From Eledone cirrhosa (taxonomy: Eukaryota): a DNA stretch of 64,000 nucleotides. The stretch lies in contig OZ024744.1 in assembly GCA_964016885.1 (NCBI GenBank), positions 119,784,001 to 119,848,000 of the forward strand, in the 5' to 3' direction. The notes under the pieces are model-generated. The model saw nothing but the letters and a program-made list of their open reading frames with translations, had not been told where the DNA came from and searched no databases. A program made the position numbers and the translations under genes. This document shows positions 11,301 to 26,800 of this stretch, one piece after another; positions within the stretch are counted from its first letter, which is position 1; each line of letters begins with the position of its first letter.

Positions 11301-14105
11301 AGTATCAGAGCTGTGATCTCTCAATTCAGAGATTCTTTCCTGAGACATTCTAACCACATGTCATAGTATCAGAGCTGTGATCTCTCAATTCAGAGATTCT
11401 TTCCTGAGACATTTTAACCACATGTCATACTATCAGAGCTGTGATATCTCAATTCAGAGATTCTTTCCTGAATTATTCTAACCACATGTCATAGTATCAG
11501 AGCTGTGATCTCTCAATTCAGAGATTCTTTCCTGAGACATTCTAACCACATGTATCAGAGATATTCTTAATAGTGATCTCTCAATTCAGAGATTCTTTCC
11601 TGAGACATTCTAACCATATGTCTGTAGTATCAGAGCTGTATGCTCTCAATTCAGAGATTCTTTCCTGAGACATTCTAACCACATGTCATAGTAGCGGAGC
11701 TGTGATATCTCAATTCAGAGATTCTTTCCTGAGATATTCTAACCACATGTCATAGTATCAGAGCTGTGATCTCTCAATTCAGATATTCTTTCCTGAGACA
11801 TTCTAGCCACATGTCATACTATCAGAGCTGTGATATCTCAATTCAGAGATTCTTTCCTGAGATATTCTAACCACATGTCATAGTATCAGAGCTGTGATCT
11901 CCCAATTCAGAGATTCTTTCCTAAGATATTCTAACCACATGTCTGTAGTATCAGAGCTGTGATCTCTCAATTCAGAGATTCTTTCCTGAGACATTCTAAC
12001 CACATGTCACAGTATCAGAGCTGTGATCTCTAAATTCAGAGATTCTTTCCTGGGATATTCTAACCACATGTCATAGTATCAGAGCTGTGATCTCTCAATT
12101 CAGAGATTCTTTACTGAGATATTGTAACCACATGTCATAGTATCAGAGCTGTGATCTCTCAATTCAGAGATTCTTTCCTGGGATATTCGAACCACATGTC
12201 ATAGTATCAGAGCTGTGATCTCTCAATTCAGAGATTCTATCCTGAGACATTCTAACCACATGTCATAGTATCAGAGCTGTGATCTCTCAATTCAGAGATT
12301 CTTTCCTGAGACATTCTAACCACATGTCATAGTATCAGATCTGTGATCTCTCAATTTAGAGATTCTTTCATGAGATATTCTAACAACATGTCATAGTATC
12401 AGAGCTGTGAACTCTCAATTCAGAGATTCTTTCCTGAGACATTCTAACCACATGTCAATGTATCAGAGCTGTGATCTCTCAATTCAGATATTCTTTCCTG
12501 AGACATTCTAACCACATGTCATAGTAGCGGAGCTGTGATATCTCAATTCAGAGATTCTTTCCTGAGATATTCTAACCACATGTCTGTAGTATCAGAGCTG
12601 TGATCTTTCAATTCAGAGATTCTTTCCTGAGACATTCTAACCACATGTCACAGTATCAGAGCTGTGATCTCTAAATTCAGAGATTCTTTCCTGGGATATT
12701 CTAACCACATGTCATAGTATCAGAGCTGTGATCTCTCAATTCAGAGATTCTTTACTGAGATATTGTAACCACATGTCATAGTATCAGAGCTGTGATCTCT
12801 CAATTCAGAGATTCTTTCCTGGGATATTCGAACCACATGTCATAGTATCAGAGCTGTGATCTCTCAATTCAGAGATTCTATCCTGAGACATTCTAACCAC
12901 ATGTCATAGTATCAGAGCTGTGATCTCTCAATTCAGAGATTCTTTCCTGAGACATTCTAACCACATGTCATAGTATCAGATCTGTGATTTCTCAATTTAA
13001 AGATTCTTTCATGAGATATTCTAACAACATGTCATAGTATCAGAGCTGTGATCTCTCAGTTCAGAGATTCTTTCCTGAGACATTCTAACCACGTCATAGT
13101 ATCAGAGCTGTGATATCTCAATTCAGAGATTCTTTCCTGAGACATTCTAACCACATGTCATAGTATCAGAGCTGTAATCTCTCAATTTAGATATTATTTC
13201 CTGATATATTCTAATCTCATGTCATAGTATGAGAGCTGTGATCTCTCAATTCAGAGATTCTTTCTTGAGACATTCTAACTCCATGTCCACAGTATCAGAG
13301 CTGTGAACTCTCAATTCAGAGATTCTTTCCTGAGACATTCTAACCACATGTCAATGTATCAGAGCTGTGATCTCTCAATTCAGATATTCTTTCCTGAGAC
13401 ATTCTAACCACATGTCATAGTAGCGGAGCTGTGATATCTCAATTCAGAGATTCTTTCCTGAGATATTCTAACCACATGTCTGTAGTATCAGAGCTGTGAT
13501 CTTTCAATTCAGAGATTCTTTCCTGAGACATTCTAACCACATGTCACAGTATCAGAGCTGTGATCTCTAAATTCAGAGATTCTTTCCTGGGATATTCTAA
13601 CCACATGTCATAGTATCAGAGCTGTGATCTCTCAATTCAGAGATTCTTTACTGAGATATTGTAACCACATGTCATAGTATCAGAGCTGTGATCTCTCAAT
13701 TCAGAGATTCTTTCCTGGGATATTCGAACCACATGTCATAGTATCAGAGCTGTGATCTCTCAATTCAGAGATTCTATCCTGAGACATTCTAACCACATGT
13801 CATAGTATCAGAGCTGTGATCTCTCAATTCAGAGATTCTTTCCTGAGACATTCTAACCACATGTCATAGTATCAGATCTGTGATCTCTCAATTTAGAGAT
13901 TCTTTCATGAGATATTCTAACAACATGTCATAGTATCAGAGCTGTGATCTCTCAGTTCAGAGATTCTTTCCTGAGACATTCTAACCATATGTCTGTAGTA
14001 TCAGAGCTGTATGCTCTCAATTCAGAGATTCTTTCCTGAGACATTCTAACCACATGTCATAGTAGCGGAGCTGTGATATCTCAATTCAGAGATTCTTTCC
14101 TGAGA
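8361..14105. repeat. Near-identical tandem duplication, period 2888 bp (45 monomers): about 8361-11217 and 11249-14105
   Basis: Rare variants pair at exactly +2888: tgaattattc 8581/11469, catgtatcag 8661/11549, cccaattc 9013/11901, aaagattc 10111/12999, atgtctgtag-gtatgc 11101/13989. Confidence 0.92.
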
Positions 14106-15699
14106 TATTCTAACCACATGTCATAGTATCAGAGCTGTGATCTCTCAATTCAGATATTCTTTCCTGAGACATTCTAGCCACATGTCATACTATCAGAGCT
14201 GTGATATCTCAATTCAGAGATTCTTTCCTGAGATATTCTAACCACATGTCATAGTATCAGAGCTGTGATCTCTCAATTCACAGATTCTTTCCTAAGATAT
14301 TCTAACCACATGTCTGTAGTGTCAGAGCTGTGATCTCTCAATTCAGAGATTCTTTCCTGAGACATTCTAACCACATGTCACAGTATCAGAGCTGTGATCT
14401 CTCAATTCAGAGATTCTTTCCTGGGATATTCTAACCACATGTCATAGTATCAGATCTGTGATCTCTCAATTCAGAGATTCTTTACTGAGATATTGTAACC
14501 ACATGTCATAGTATCAGAGCTGTGATCTTTCAATTCAGAGATTCTTTCCTGAGACATTCTAACCACATGTCACAGTATCAGAGCTGTGATCTCTCAATTC
14601 AGAGATTCTTTACTGAGATATTGTAACCACATGTCATAGTATCAGAGCTGTGATCTCTCAATTCAGAGATTCTTTCCTGGGATATTCGAACCACATGTCA
14701 TAGTATCAGAGCTGTGATCTCTCAATTCAGAGATTCTATCCTGAGACATTCTAACCACATGTCATAGTATCAGAGCTGTGATCTCTCAATTCAGAGATTC
14801 TTTCCTGAGACATTCTAACCACATGTCATAGTATCAGATCTGTGATCTCTCAATTTAGAGATTCTTTCATGAGATATTCTAACAACATGTCATAGTATCA
14901 GAGCTGTGATCTCTCAGTTCAGAGATTCTTTCCTGAGACATTCTAACCACGTCATAGTATCAGAGCTGTGATATCTCAATTCAGAGATTCTTTCCTGAGA
15001 CATTCTAACCACATGTCATAGTATCAGAGCTGTAATCTCTCAATTTAGATATTATTTCCTGATATATTCTAATCTCATGTCATAGTATGAGAGCTGTGAT
15101 CTCTCAATTCAGCGATTCTTTCTTGAGACATTCTAACTCCATGTCCACAGTATCAGAGCTGTGAACTCTCAATTCAGAGATTCTTTCCTGAGACATTCTA
15201 ACCACGTGTCAATGTATCAGAGCTGTGATCTCTCAATTCAGATATTCTTTCCTGAGACATTCTAACCACATGTCATAGTATCAGATCTGTGATCCCTCAA
15301 TTCAGAGATTCTTTCCTGAGATATTCTAACCACATGTCATAGTATCAGAGCTGTCATCTCTCAATTCAGAGATTCTTTCCTGAGACATTCTAACCACATG
15401 TCATAGTATCAGAGCTGTGATCTCTTAATTTAGAGATTCTTTCATGAGATATTCTAACCACATGTCATAGTATCAGAGCTGTGATCTCTCAATTCAGAGA
15501 TTCTTTCCTGAGACATTCTAACCACATGTCATAGTATCAGAACTGTGATCTCTCAATTCAGAGATTCTTTTCTGGGATATTCTAACCACATGTCATATTA
15601 TCAGAGCTATGATCTCTCAATTCAGATATTCTTTCCTGAGACATTCTAACCACATGTCATAGGATCAGAGTTGTGATCTCTCAATTCAGAGATTCTTTC

Positions 15700-17810
15700 C
15701 TGAGATATTCTAACCACATGTCATAGTATCAGAGCTGTGATCTCTCAATTCAGAGATTCTTTCCTGAGACATTCTAACCACATGTCATAGTATCAGAACT
15801 GTGATCTCTCAATTCAGAGATTCTTTTCTGGGATATTCTAACCACATGTCATATTATCAGAGCTATGATCTCTCAATTCAGATATTCTTTCCTGAGACAT
15901 TCTAACCACATGTCATAGGATCAGAGTTGTGATCTCTCAATTCAGAGATTCTTTCCTGAGATATTCTAACCACATGTCATAGTATCAGATCTGTGATCTC
16001 TCAATTCAGAGATTTTTCCTGAGACATTCTAACCACATGTCATAGTATTAGAGCTGTGATCTCTCAATTCAGAGATTCTTTCCTGAGACATTCTAACCAC
16101 ATGTCATAGTATCAGAACTGTGATCTCTCAATTCAGAGATTCATTCCTGAGACATTCTAACCACATGTCATAGTATCAGAACTGTGATCTCTCAATTCAG
16201 AGATTCTTTCCTGAGACATTCTAACCACATGTCATAGTATCAGAGCTGTGATATCTCAATTGAGAGATTCTTTCCTGAGACATTCTAACCACATGTCATA
16301 GTATCAGATCTGTGATCTCTCAATTCAGAGATTCTTTCCTGGGATATTCTAACCACATGTCATAGTATCAGATCTGAGATCTCTCAATTCAGAGATTCTT
16401 TCCTGAGATATTCTAACCACATGTCATAGTGTCAGAGCTGTGATCTCTCAATTCAGAGATTCTTTCCTGAGACATTCTAACCACATGTCATAGTATTAGA
16501 GCTGTGATATCTCAATTCAGAGATTCTTTCCTGAGAAATTCTAACCTTATGTCTGTAGTATCAGAGCTGTGATCTCTCAATTCAGAGATTCTTTCCTAAG
16601 ATATTCTAACCACATGTCATAGTATCAGAGCTGTGATCTCTCAATTTAGAGATTCTTTCCTGGGATATTCTAAACACATGTCATATTATCAGAGCTGTGA
16701 TCTCTCAATTCAGAGATTCTTTCCTGAGACATTCTAACCACATGTCATAGGATCAGAGTTGTGATCTCTCAATTCAGAGATTCTTTCCTGAGATATTCTA
16801 ACCACATGTCATAGTATCAGAGCTGTGATCTCTCAATTCAGAGATTCTTTCCTGAGACATTCTAACCACATGTCATAGTATCAGAACTGTGATCTCTCAA
16901 TTCAGAGATTCTTTTCTGGGATATTCTAACCACATGTCATATTATCAGAGCTATGATCTCTCAATTCAGATATTCTTTCCTGAGACATTCTAACCACATG
17001 TCATAGGATCAGAGTTGTGATCTCTCAATTCAGAGATTCTTTCCTGAGATATTCTAACCACATGTCATAGTATCAGAGCTGTGATCTCTCAATTCAGAGA
17101 TTTTTCCTGAGACATTCTAACCACATGTCATAGTATTAGAGCTGTGATCTCTCAATTCAGAGATTCTTTCCTGAGACATTCTAACCACATGTCATAGTAT
17201 CAGAACTGTGATCTCTCAATTCAGAGATTCATTCCTGAGACATTCTAACCACATGTCATAGTATCAGAACTGTGATCTCTCAATTCAGAGATTCTTTCCT
17301 GAGACATTCTAACCACATGTCATAGTATCAGAGCTGTGATATCTCAATTGAGAGATTCTTTCCTGAGACATTCTAACCACATGTCATAGTATCAGATCTG
17401 TGATCTCTCAATTCAGAGATTCTTTCCTGGGATATTCTAACCACATGTCATAGTATCAGATCTGAGATCTCTCAATTCAGAGATTCTTTCCTGAGATATT
17501 CTAACCACATGTCATAGTGTCAGAGCTGTGATCTCTCAATTCAGAGATTCTTTCCTGAGACATTCTAACCACATGTCATAGTATTAGAGCTGTGATATCT
17601 CAATTCAGAGATTCTTTCCTGAGAAATTCTAACCTTATGTCTGTAGTATCAGAGCTGTGATCTCTCAATTCAGAGATTCTTTCCTAAGATATTCTAACCA
17701 CATGTCATAGTATCAGAGCTGTGATCTCTCAATTTAGAGATTCTTTCCTGGGATATTCTAAACACATGTCATATTATCAGAGCTGTGATCTCTCAATTCA
17801 GAGATTCTTT
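15700..17810. repeat. Tandem duplication, period about 1088 bp (17 monomers)
   Basis: gatctgagat at 16371/17459 and gtcagagctg at 16431/17519. The same order of variants (attcattcc, caattgag, gagaaattctaaccttatg) is present in both copies. Boundaries are approximate. Confidence 0.85.
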
Positions 17811-20800
17811 CCTGGGATATTCTTACCACATGTCATAATATCAGAGCTGTAATCTCTCAATTCAGAGATTCTTTCCTGAGATATTCTAACCACATGTCAT
17901 AGTATCAGAGCTGTGATCTCTCAATTCAGAGATTCTTTCCTGAGACATTCTAACCACATGTCATAGTATCAGAGCTGTGATCTCTCAATTCAGAGATTCT
18001 TTCCTGAGACATTTTAACCACATGTCATACTATCAGATCTGTGATATCTCAATTCAGAGATTCTTTCCTGAATTATTCTAACCACATGTCATAGTATCAG
18101 AGCTGTGATCTCTCAATTCAGAGATTCTTTCCTGAGAACATCTAACCACATGTCTGTAGTATCAGAGCTGTGATCTCTCAATTCAGAGATTCTTTCCTAA
18201 GACATTCTAACCACATGTCATAGTATCAGAGCTGTGATCTCTCAATTCAGATATTCTTTCCTGAGACATTCTAACCACATGTCATAGTATCAGAGCTGTG
18301 ATATCTCCATACAGAGATTCTTTCCTGATATATTCTAACCACATGACATAGTATCAGAGCTGTGATATCTCAATTCAGAGATTCTTTCCTGAGATATTCT
18401 AAACACATGTCATACTATCAGAGCTGTGATCTCTCAATTCAGAGATTCTTTCCTGAGACATTCTAACCACATGTCATAGTATCAGAGCTGTGATCTCTCA
18501 ATTCAGAGATTCTTTCCTGAGACATTCTAACCACATGTCATAGTATCAGAGCTGTGATCTCTCAATTCAGAGATTCTTTCCTGAGACATTCTAACCACAT
18601 GTATCAGAGATATTCTTAATAGTGATCTCTCAATTCAGAGATTCTTTCCTGAGACATTCTAACCATATGTCTGTAGTATCAGAGCTGTATGCTCTCAATT
18701 CAGAGATTCTTTCCTGAGACATTCTAACCACATGTCATAGTAGCGGAGCTGTGATATCTCAATTCAGAGATTCTTTCCTGAGATATTCTAACCACATGTC
18801 ATAGTATCAGAGCTGTGATCTCTCAATTCAGATATTCTTTCCTGAGACATTCTAGCCACATGTCATACTATCAGAGCTGTGATATCTCAATTCAGAGATT
18901 CTTTCCTGAGATATTCTAACCACATGTCATAGTATCAGAGCTGTGATCTCTCAATTCACAGATTCTTTCCTAAGATATTCTAACCACATGTCTGTAGTGT
19001 CAGAGCTGTGATCTCTCAATTCAGAGATTCTTTCCTGAGACATTCTAACCACATGTCATAGTATCAGAGCTGTGATCTCTCAATTCAGAGATTCTTTCCT
19101 GGGATATTCTAACCACATGTCATAGTATCAGATCTGTGATCTCTCAATTCAGAGATTCTTTACTGAGATATTGTAACCACATGTCATAGTATCAGAGCTG
19201 TGATCTCTCAATTCAGAGATTCTTTCCTGAGACATTCTAACCACATGTCATAGTATCAGATCTGTGATCTCTCAATTTAGAGATTCTTTCATGAGATATT
19301 CTAACAACATGTCATAGTATCAGAGCTGTGATCTCTCAGTTCAGAGATTCTTTCCTGAGACATTCTAACCACGTCATAGTATCAGAGCTGTGATATCTCA
19401 ATTCAGAGATTCTTTCCTGAGACATTCTAATCACATGTCATAGTATCAGAGCTGTAATCTCTCAATTTAGATATTCTTTCCTGATATATTCTAACCTCAT
19501 GTCATAGTATGAGAGCTGTGATCTCTCAATTCAGAGATTCTTTCTTGAGACATTCTAACTCCATGTCCACAGTATCAGAGCTGTGAACTCTCAATTCAGA
19601 GATTCTTTCCTGAGACATTCTAACCACATGTCAATGTATCAGAGCTGTGATCTCTCAATTCAGATATTCTTTCCTGAGACATTCTAACCACATGTCATAG
19701 TATCAGATCTGTGATCCCTCAATTCAGAGATTCTTTCCTGAGATATTCTAACCACATGTCATAGTATCAGAGCTGTCATCTCTCAATTCAGAGATTCTTT
19801 CCTGAGACATTCTAACCACATGTCATAGTATCAGAGCTGTGATCTCTTAATTTAGAGATTCTTTCATGAGATATTCTAACCACATGTCATAGTATCAGAG
19901 CTGTGATCTCTCAATTCAGAGATTCTTTCCTGAGACATTCTAACCACATGTCATAGTATCAGAACTGTGATCTCTCAATTCATAGATTCTTTTCTGGGAT
20001 ATTCTAACCACATGTCATATTATCAGAGCTATGATCTCTCAATTCAGATATTCTTTCCTGAGACATTCTAACCACATGTCATAGGATCAGAGTTGTGATC
20101 TCTCAATTCAGAGATTCTTTCCTGAGATATTCTAACCACATGTCATAGTATCAGAGCTGTGATCTCTCAATTCAGAGATTTTTCCTGAGACATTCTAACC
20201 ACATGTCATAGTATTAGAGCTGTGATCTCTCAATTCAGAGATTCTTTCCTGAGACATTCTTACCACATGTCATAGTATAAGAGCTGTGATCTCTCAATTG
20301 AGAGATTCTTTCCTGAGACATTCTAACCACATGTCATAGTATCAGAACTGTGATCTCTCAATTCAGAGATTCTTTCCTGAGACATTCTAACCACATGTCA
20401 TAGTATCAGAGCTGTGATCTCTCAATTCAGAGATTCTTTCCTGAGACATTCTAACCACATGTATCAGAGATATTCTTAATAGTGATCTCTCAATTCAGAG
20501 ATTCTTTCCTGAGACATTCTAACTCCGTGTCCACAGTATCAGAGCTGTGATCTCTCAATTTAGAGATTCTTTCCTGAGATATTCTAACCACATGTCATAG
20601 TATCAGAGCTGTGATCTCTCAATTCAGATATTCTTTCCTGAGACATTCTAGCCACATGTCATAGGATCAGGGTTGTGATCTCTCAATTCAGAGATTCTTT
20701 CCTGAGATATTCTAACCACATGTCATAGTATCAGAGCTGTGATCTCTCAATTCAGAGATTCTTTCCTAAGATATTCTAACCACATGTCTGTAGTATCAGA

Positions 20801-23800
20801 GCTGTGATCTCTCAATTCAGAGATTCTTTCCTGAGACATTCTAACCACATGTCACAGTATCAGAGCTGTGATCTCTCAATTCAGAGATTGTTTCCTGGGA
20901 TATTCTAACCACATGTCATAGTATCAGAGCTGTGATCTCTCACTTCAGAGATTCTTTACTGAGATATTGTAACCACATGTCATAGTATCAGATCTGTGAT
21001 CTCTCAATTCAGAGATTCTTTACTGAGATATTGTAACCACATGTCATAGTATCAGAGCTGTGATCTCTCAATTCAGAGATTCTTTCCTGGGATATTCGAA
21101 CCACATGTCATAGTATCAGAGCTGTGATCTCTCAATTCAGAGATTCTATCCTGAGACATTCTAACCACATGTCATAGTATCAGATCTGTGATCTCTCAAT
21201 TTAGAGATTCTTTCCTGAGATATTCTGACCACATGTCATAGTATCAGAGCTGTGATCTCTCAGTTCAGAGATTCTTTCCTGAGACATTCTAACCACGTCA
21301 TAGTATCAGAGCTGTGATATCTCAATTCAGAGATTCTTTCCTGAGACATTCTAACCACATGTCATAGTATCAGAGCTGTAATCTCTCAATTTAGATATTC
21401 TTTCCTGATATATTCTAACCTCATGTCATAGTATGAGAGCTGTGATCTCTCAATTCAGAGATTCTTTCTTGAGACATTCTAACTCCATGTCCACATTATC
21501 AGATCTGTGAACTCTCAATTCAGAGATTCTTTCCTGAGACATTCTAACCACATGTCATTTAATCAGAGCTGTGATCTCTCAATTCAGATATTCTTTCCTG
21601 AGACATTCTAACCACATGTCATAGTATCAGATCTGTGATCTCTCAATTCAGAGATTCTTTCCTGGGATATTCTAACCACATGTCATAGTATCAGATCTGT
21701 GATCTCTCAATTCAGAGATTCTTTACTGAGATATTGTAACCACATGTCATAGTATCAGAGCTGTGATCTCTCAATTCAGAGATTCTTTCCTGAGACATTC
21801 TAACCACATGTCATAGTATCAGATCTGTGATCTCTCAATTTAGAGATTCTTTCATGAGATATTCTAACAACATGTCATAGTATCAGAGCTGTTATCTCTC
21901 AGTTCAGAGATTCTTTCCTGAGACATTCTAACCACGTCATAGTATCAGAGCTGTGATATCTCAATTCAGAGATTCTTTCCTGAGACGTTCTAACCACATG
22001 TCATAGTATCAGAGCTGTAATCTCTCAATTTAGATATTCTTTCCTGATATATTCTAACCTCATGTCATAGTATGAGAGCTGTGATCTCTCAATTCAGAGA
22101 TTCTTCCTTGAGACATTCTAACTCCATGTCCACAGTATCAAAGCTGTGAACTCTCAATTCAGAGATTCTTTCCTGAGACATTCTAACCACATGTCAATGT
22201 ATCAGAGCTGTGATCTCTCAATTCAGATATTCTTTCCTGAGACATTCTAACCACATGTCATAGTATCAGATCTGTGATCCCTCAATTCAGAGATTCTTTC
22301 CTGGGATATTCTAACCACATGTCATAGTATCAGAGCTGTCATCTCTCAATTCAGAGATTCTTTCCTGAGACATTCTAACCACATGTCATAGTATCAGAGC
22401 TGTGATCTCTTAATTTAGAGATTCTTTCATGAGATATTCTAACCACATGTCATAGTATCAGAGCTGTGATCTCTCAATTCAGAGATTCTTTCCTGAGACA
22501 TTCTAACCACATGTCATAGTATCAGAACTGTGATCTCTCAATTCAGAGATTATTTTCTGGGATATTCTAACCACATGTCATATTATCAGAGCTGTAATCT
22601 CTCAATTCAGATATTCTTTCCTGAGACATTCTAACCACATGTCATAGGATCAGAGTTGTGATCTCTCAATTCAGAGATTCTTTCCTGAGACATTCTAGCC
22701 ACATGTCATAGGATCAGGGTTGTGATCTCTCAATTCAGAGATTCTTTCCTGAGATATTCTAACCACATGTCATAGTATCAGAGCTGTGATCTCTCAATTC
22801 AGAGATTCTTTCCTAAGATATTCTAACCACATGTCTGTAGTATCAGAGCTGTGATCTCTCAATTCAGAGATTGTTTCCTGGGATATTCTAACCACATGTC
22901 ATAGTATCAGAGCTGTGATCTCTCACTTCAGAGATTCTTTACTGAGATATTGTAACCACATGTCATAGTATCAGAGCTGTGATCTCTCAATTCAGAGATT
23001 CTTTCCTGGGATATTCGAACCACATGTCATAGTATCAGAGCTGTGATCTCTCAATTCAGAGATTCTATCCTGAGACATTCTAACCACATGTCATAGTATC
23101 AGATCTGTGATCTCTCAATTTAGAGATTCTTTCATGAGATATTCTAACCACATGTCATAGTATCAGAGCTGTGATCTCTCAGTTCAGAGATTCTTTCCTG
23201 AGGCATTCTAACCACGTCATAGTATCAGAGCTGTGATATCTCAATTCAGAGATTCTTTCCTGAGACATTCTAACCACATGTCATAGTATCAGAGCTGTAA
23301 TCTCTCAATTTAGATATTCTTTCCTGATATATTCTAACCTCATGTCATAGTATGAGAGCTGTGATCTCTCAATTCAGAGATTCTTTCTTGAGACATTCTA
23401 ACTCCATGTCCACAGTATCAGATCTGTGAACTCTCAATTCAGAGATTCTTTCCTGAGACATTCTAACCACATGTCATTTAATCAGAGCTGTGATCTCTCA
23501 ATTCAGATATTCTTTCCTGAGACATTCTAACCACATGTCATAATATCAGATCTGTGATCTCTCAATTCAGAGATTCTTTCCTGAGATATTCTAACCACAT
23601 GTCATAGTATCAGAGCTGTGATCTCTCAATTCAGATATTCTTTCCTGAGACATTCTAGCCACATGTCATAGGATCAGGGTTGTGATCTCTCAATTCAGAG
23701 ATTCTTTCCTGAGATATTCTAACCACATGTCATAGTATCAGAGCTGTGATCTCTCAATTCAGATATTCTTTCCTAAGATATTCTAACCACATGTCTGTAG

Positions 23801-26800
23801 TATCAGAGCTGTGATCTCTCAATTCAGAGATTCTTTCCTGAGACATTCTAACCACATGTCACAGTATCAGAGCTGTGATCTCTCAATTCAGAGATTGTTT
23901 CCTGGGATATTCTAACCACATGTCATAGTATCAGAGCTGTGATCTCTCACTTCAGAGATTCTTTACTGAGATATTGTAACCACATGTCATAGTATCAGAG
24001 CTGTGATCTCTCAATTCAGAGATTCTTTCCTGAGATATTCGAACCACATGTCATAGTATCAGAGCTGTGATCTCTCAATTTAGAGATTCTTTCATGAGAT
24101 ATTCTAACCACATGTCATAGTATCAGAGCTGTGATCTCTCAGTTCAGAGATTCTTTTCTGAGACATTCTAACCACGTCATAGTATCAGAGCTGTGATATC
24201 TCAATTCAGAGATTCTTTCCTGAGACATTCTAACCACATGTCATAGTATCAGAGCTGTAATCTCTCAATTTAGATATTCTTTCCTGATATATTCTAACCT
24301 CATGTCATAGTATGAGAGCTGTGATCTGTCAATTCAGAGATTCTTTCTTGAGACATTCTAACTCCATGTCCACAGTATCAGATCTGTGAACTCTCAATTC
24401 AGAGATTCTTTCCTGAGACATTCTAACCACATGTCATTTAATCAGAGCTGTGATCTCTCAATTCAGATATTCTTTCCTGAGACATTCTAACCAAATGTCA
24501 TAGTATCAGATCTGTGATCTCTCAATTCAGAGATTCTTTCCTGAGATATTCTAACCACATGTCATAGTATCAGATCTGTCATCTCTCAATTCAGAGATTC
24601 TTTCCTGAGACATTCTAACCACATGTCATAGTATCAGAGCTGAGATCTCTCAATTTAGATATCCTTTCCTGAGACATTCTAACCACATGTCATAGTATCA
24701 GAGCTGTGATCTCTTAATTTAGAGATTCTTTCCTGAGACATTCTAACCACATGTCATAGTATCAGATCTGTGATCTCTCAATTCAGAGATTCTTTCCTGA
24801 CACATTCTAACCACATGTCATTGTATCAGAGCTGAGATCTCTCAATTTAGAGATTCTTTCCTAAGACATTCTAACCACATGTCATATTATCAGAGCTGTG
24901 ATATCTCAATTCAGAGATTCTTTCCTGAGACATTCTAACCACATGTCATATTATTAGAGCTGTGATCTCTCAATTCAGATATTCTTTCCTGAGACGTTCT
25001 TACCACATGTCATAGTATCAGAGCTGTGATCTCTCAATTTAGAGATTCTTTCCTGGGATATTCTAAACACATGTCATAGTATCAGAGCTGTGATCTCTCA
25101 ATTCAGAGATTCTTTCCTGGGATATTCTTACCACATGTCATAATATCAGAGCTGTAATCTCTCAATTCACATATTCTTTCCTGAGACATTCTAACCACAT
25201 GTCAGAGGATCAGATTTGTGATCTCTCAATTCAGAGATTCTTTCCTGAGATATTCTAACCACATGTCATAATATCAGAGCTGTGATCTCTCAATTCAGAG
25301 ATTCTTTCCTGAGACATTCTAACCACATGTCATAGTATCAGAGCTGTGATCTCTCAATTCAGAGATTCTTTCCTGAGACATTTTAACCACATGTCATACT
25401 ATCAGAGCTGTGATATCTCAATTCAGAGATTCTTTCCTGATATATTCTAACCACATGTCATAGTATCAGAGCTGTGATATCTCAATTCAGAGATTCTTTC
25501 CTGAGATATTCTAAACACATGTCATAGTATCAGAGCTGTGATCTCTCAATTCAGAGATTCTTTCCTGAGACATTCTAATCACATGTCATAGTATCAGAGC
25601 TGTGATCTCTCAATTCAGAGATTCTTTCCTGAGACATTCTAACCACATGTCATAGTATCAGAGCTGTGATCTCTCAATTCAGAGATTCTTTCCTGACATT
25701 CTAACCACATGTATCAGAGATATTCTTAATAGTGATCTCTCAATTCAGAGATTCTTTCCTGAGACATTCTAACTCCGTGTCCACAGTATCAGAGCTGTGA
25801 TCTCTCAATTTAGAGATTCTTTCCTGAGATATTCTAACCACCTGTCATAGTTTTAGAGATGTGATCTCTCAATTCAGAGATTCTTTCCTGAGACATTCTA
25901 ACCATATGTCTGTAGTATCAGAGCTGTATGCTCTCAATTCAGAGATTCTTTCCTGAGACATTCTAACCACATGTCATAGTAGCGGAGCTGTGATATCTCA
26001 ATTCAGAGATTCTTTCCTGAGATATTCTAACCACATGTCATAGTATCAGAGCTGTGATCTCTCAATTCAGATATTCTTTCCTGAGACATTCTAGCCACAT
26101 GTCATAGGATCAGGGTTGTGATCTCTCAATTCAGAGATTCTTTCCTGAGATATTCTAACCACATGTCATAGTATCAGAGCTGTGATCTCTCAATTCAGAG
26201 ATTCTTTCCTAAGATATTCTAACCACATGTCTGTAGTATCAGAGCTGTGATCTCTCAATTCAGAGATTCTTTCCTGGGATATTCTAACCACATGTCATAG
26301 TATCAGAGCTGTGATCTCTCAATTCAGAGATTCTTTACTGAGATATTGTAACCACATGTCATAGTATCAGAGCTGTGATCTCTCAATTCAGAGATTCTTT
26401 CCTGGGATATTCTAACCACATGTCATATTATCAGAGCTGTGATCTCTCAATTCAGAGATTCTTTACTGAGATATTGTAACCACATGTCATAGTATCAGAG
26501 CTGTGATCTCTCAATTCAGAGATTCTTTCCTGAGACATTCTAACCACATGTCATAGTATCAGAGCTGTGATCTCTCAATTTAGAGATTCTTTCATGAGAT
26601 ATTCTAACCACATGTCATAGTATCAGAGCTGTGATCTCTCAGTTCAGAGATTCTTTCCTGAGACATTCTAACCACGTCATAGTATCAGAGCTGTGATATC
26701 TCAATTCAGAGATTCTTTCCTGAGACATTCTAACCACATGTCATAGTATCAGATCTGTGATCTCTCAATTCAGAGATTCTTTCCTGAGATATTCTAACCA

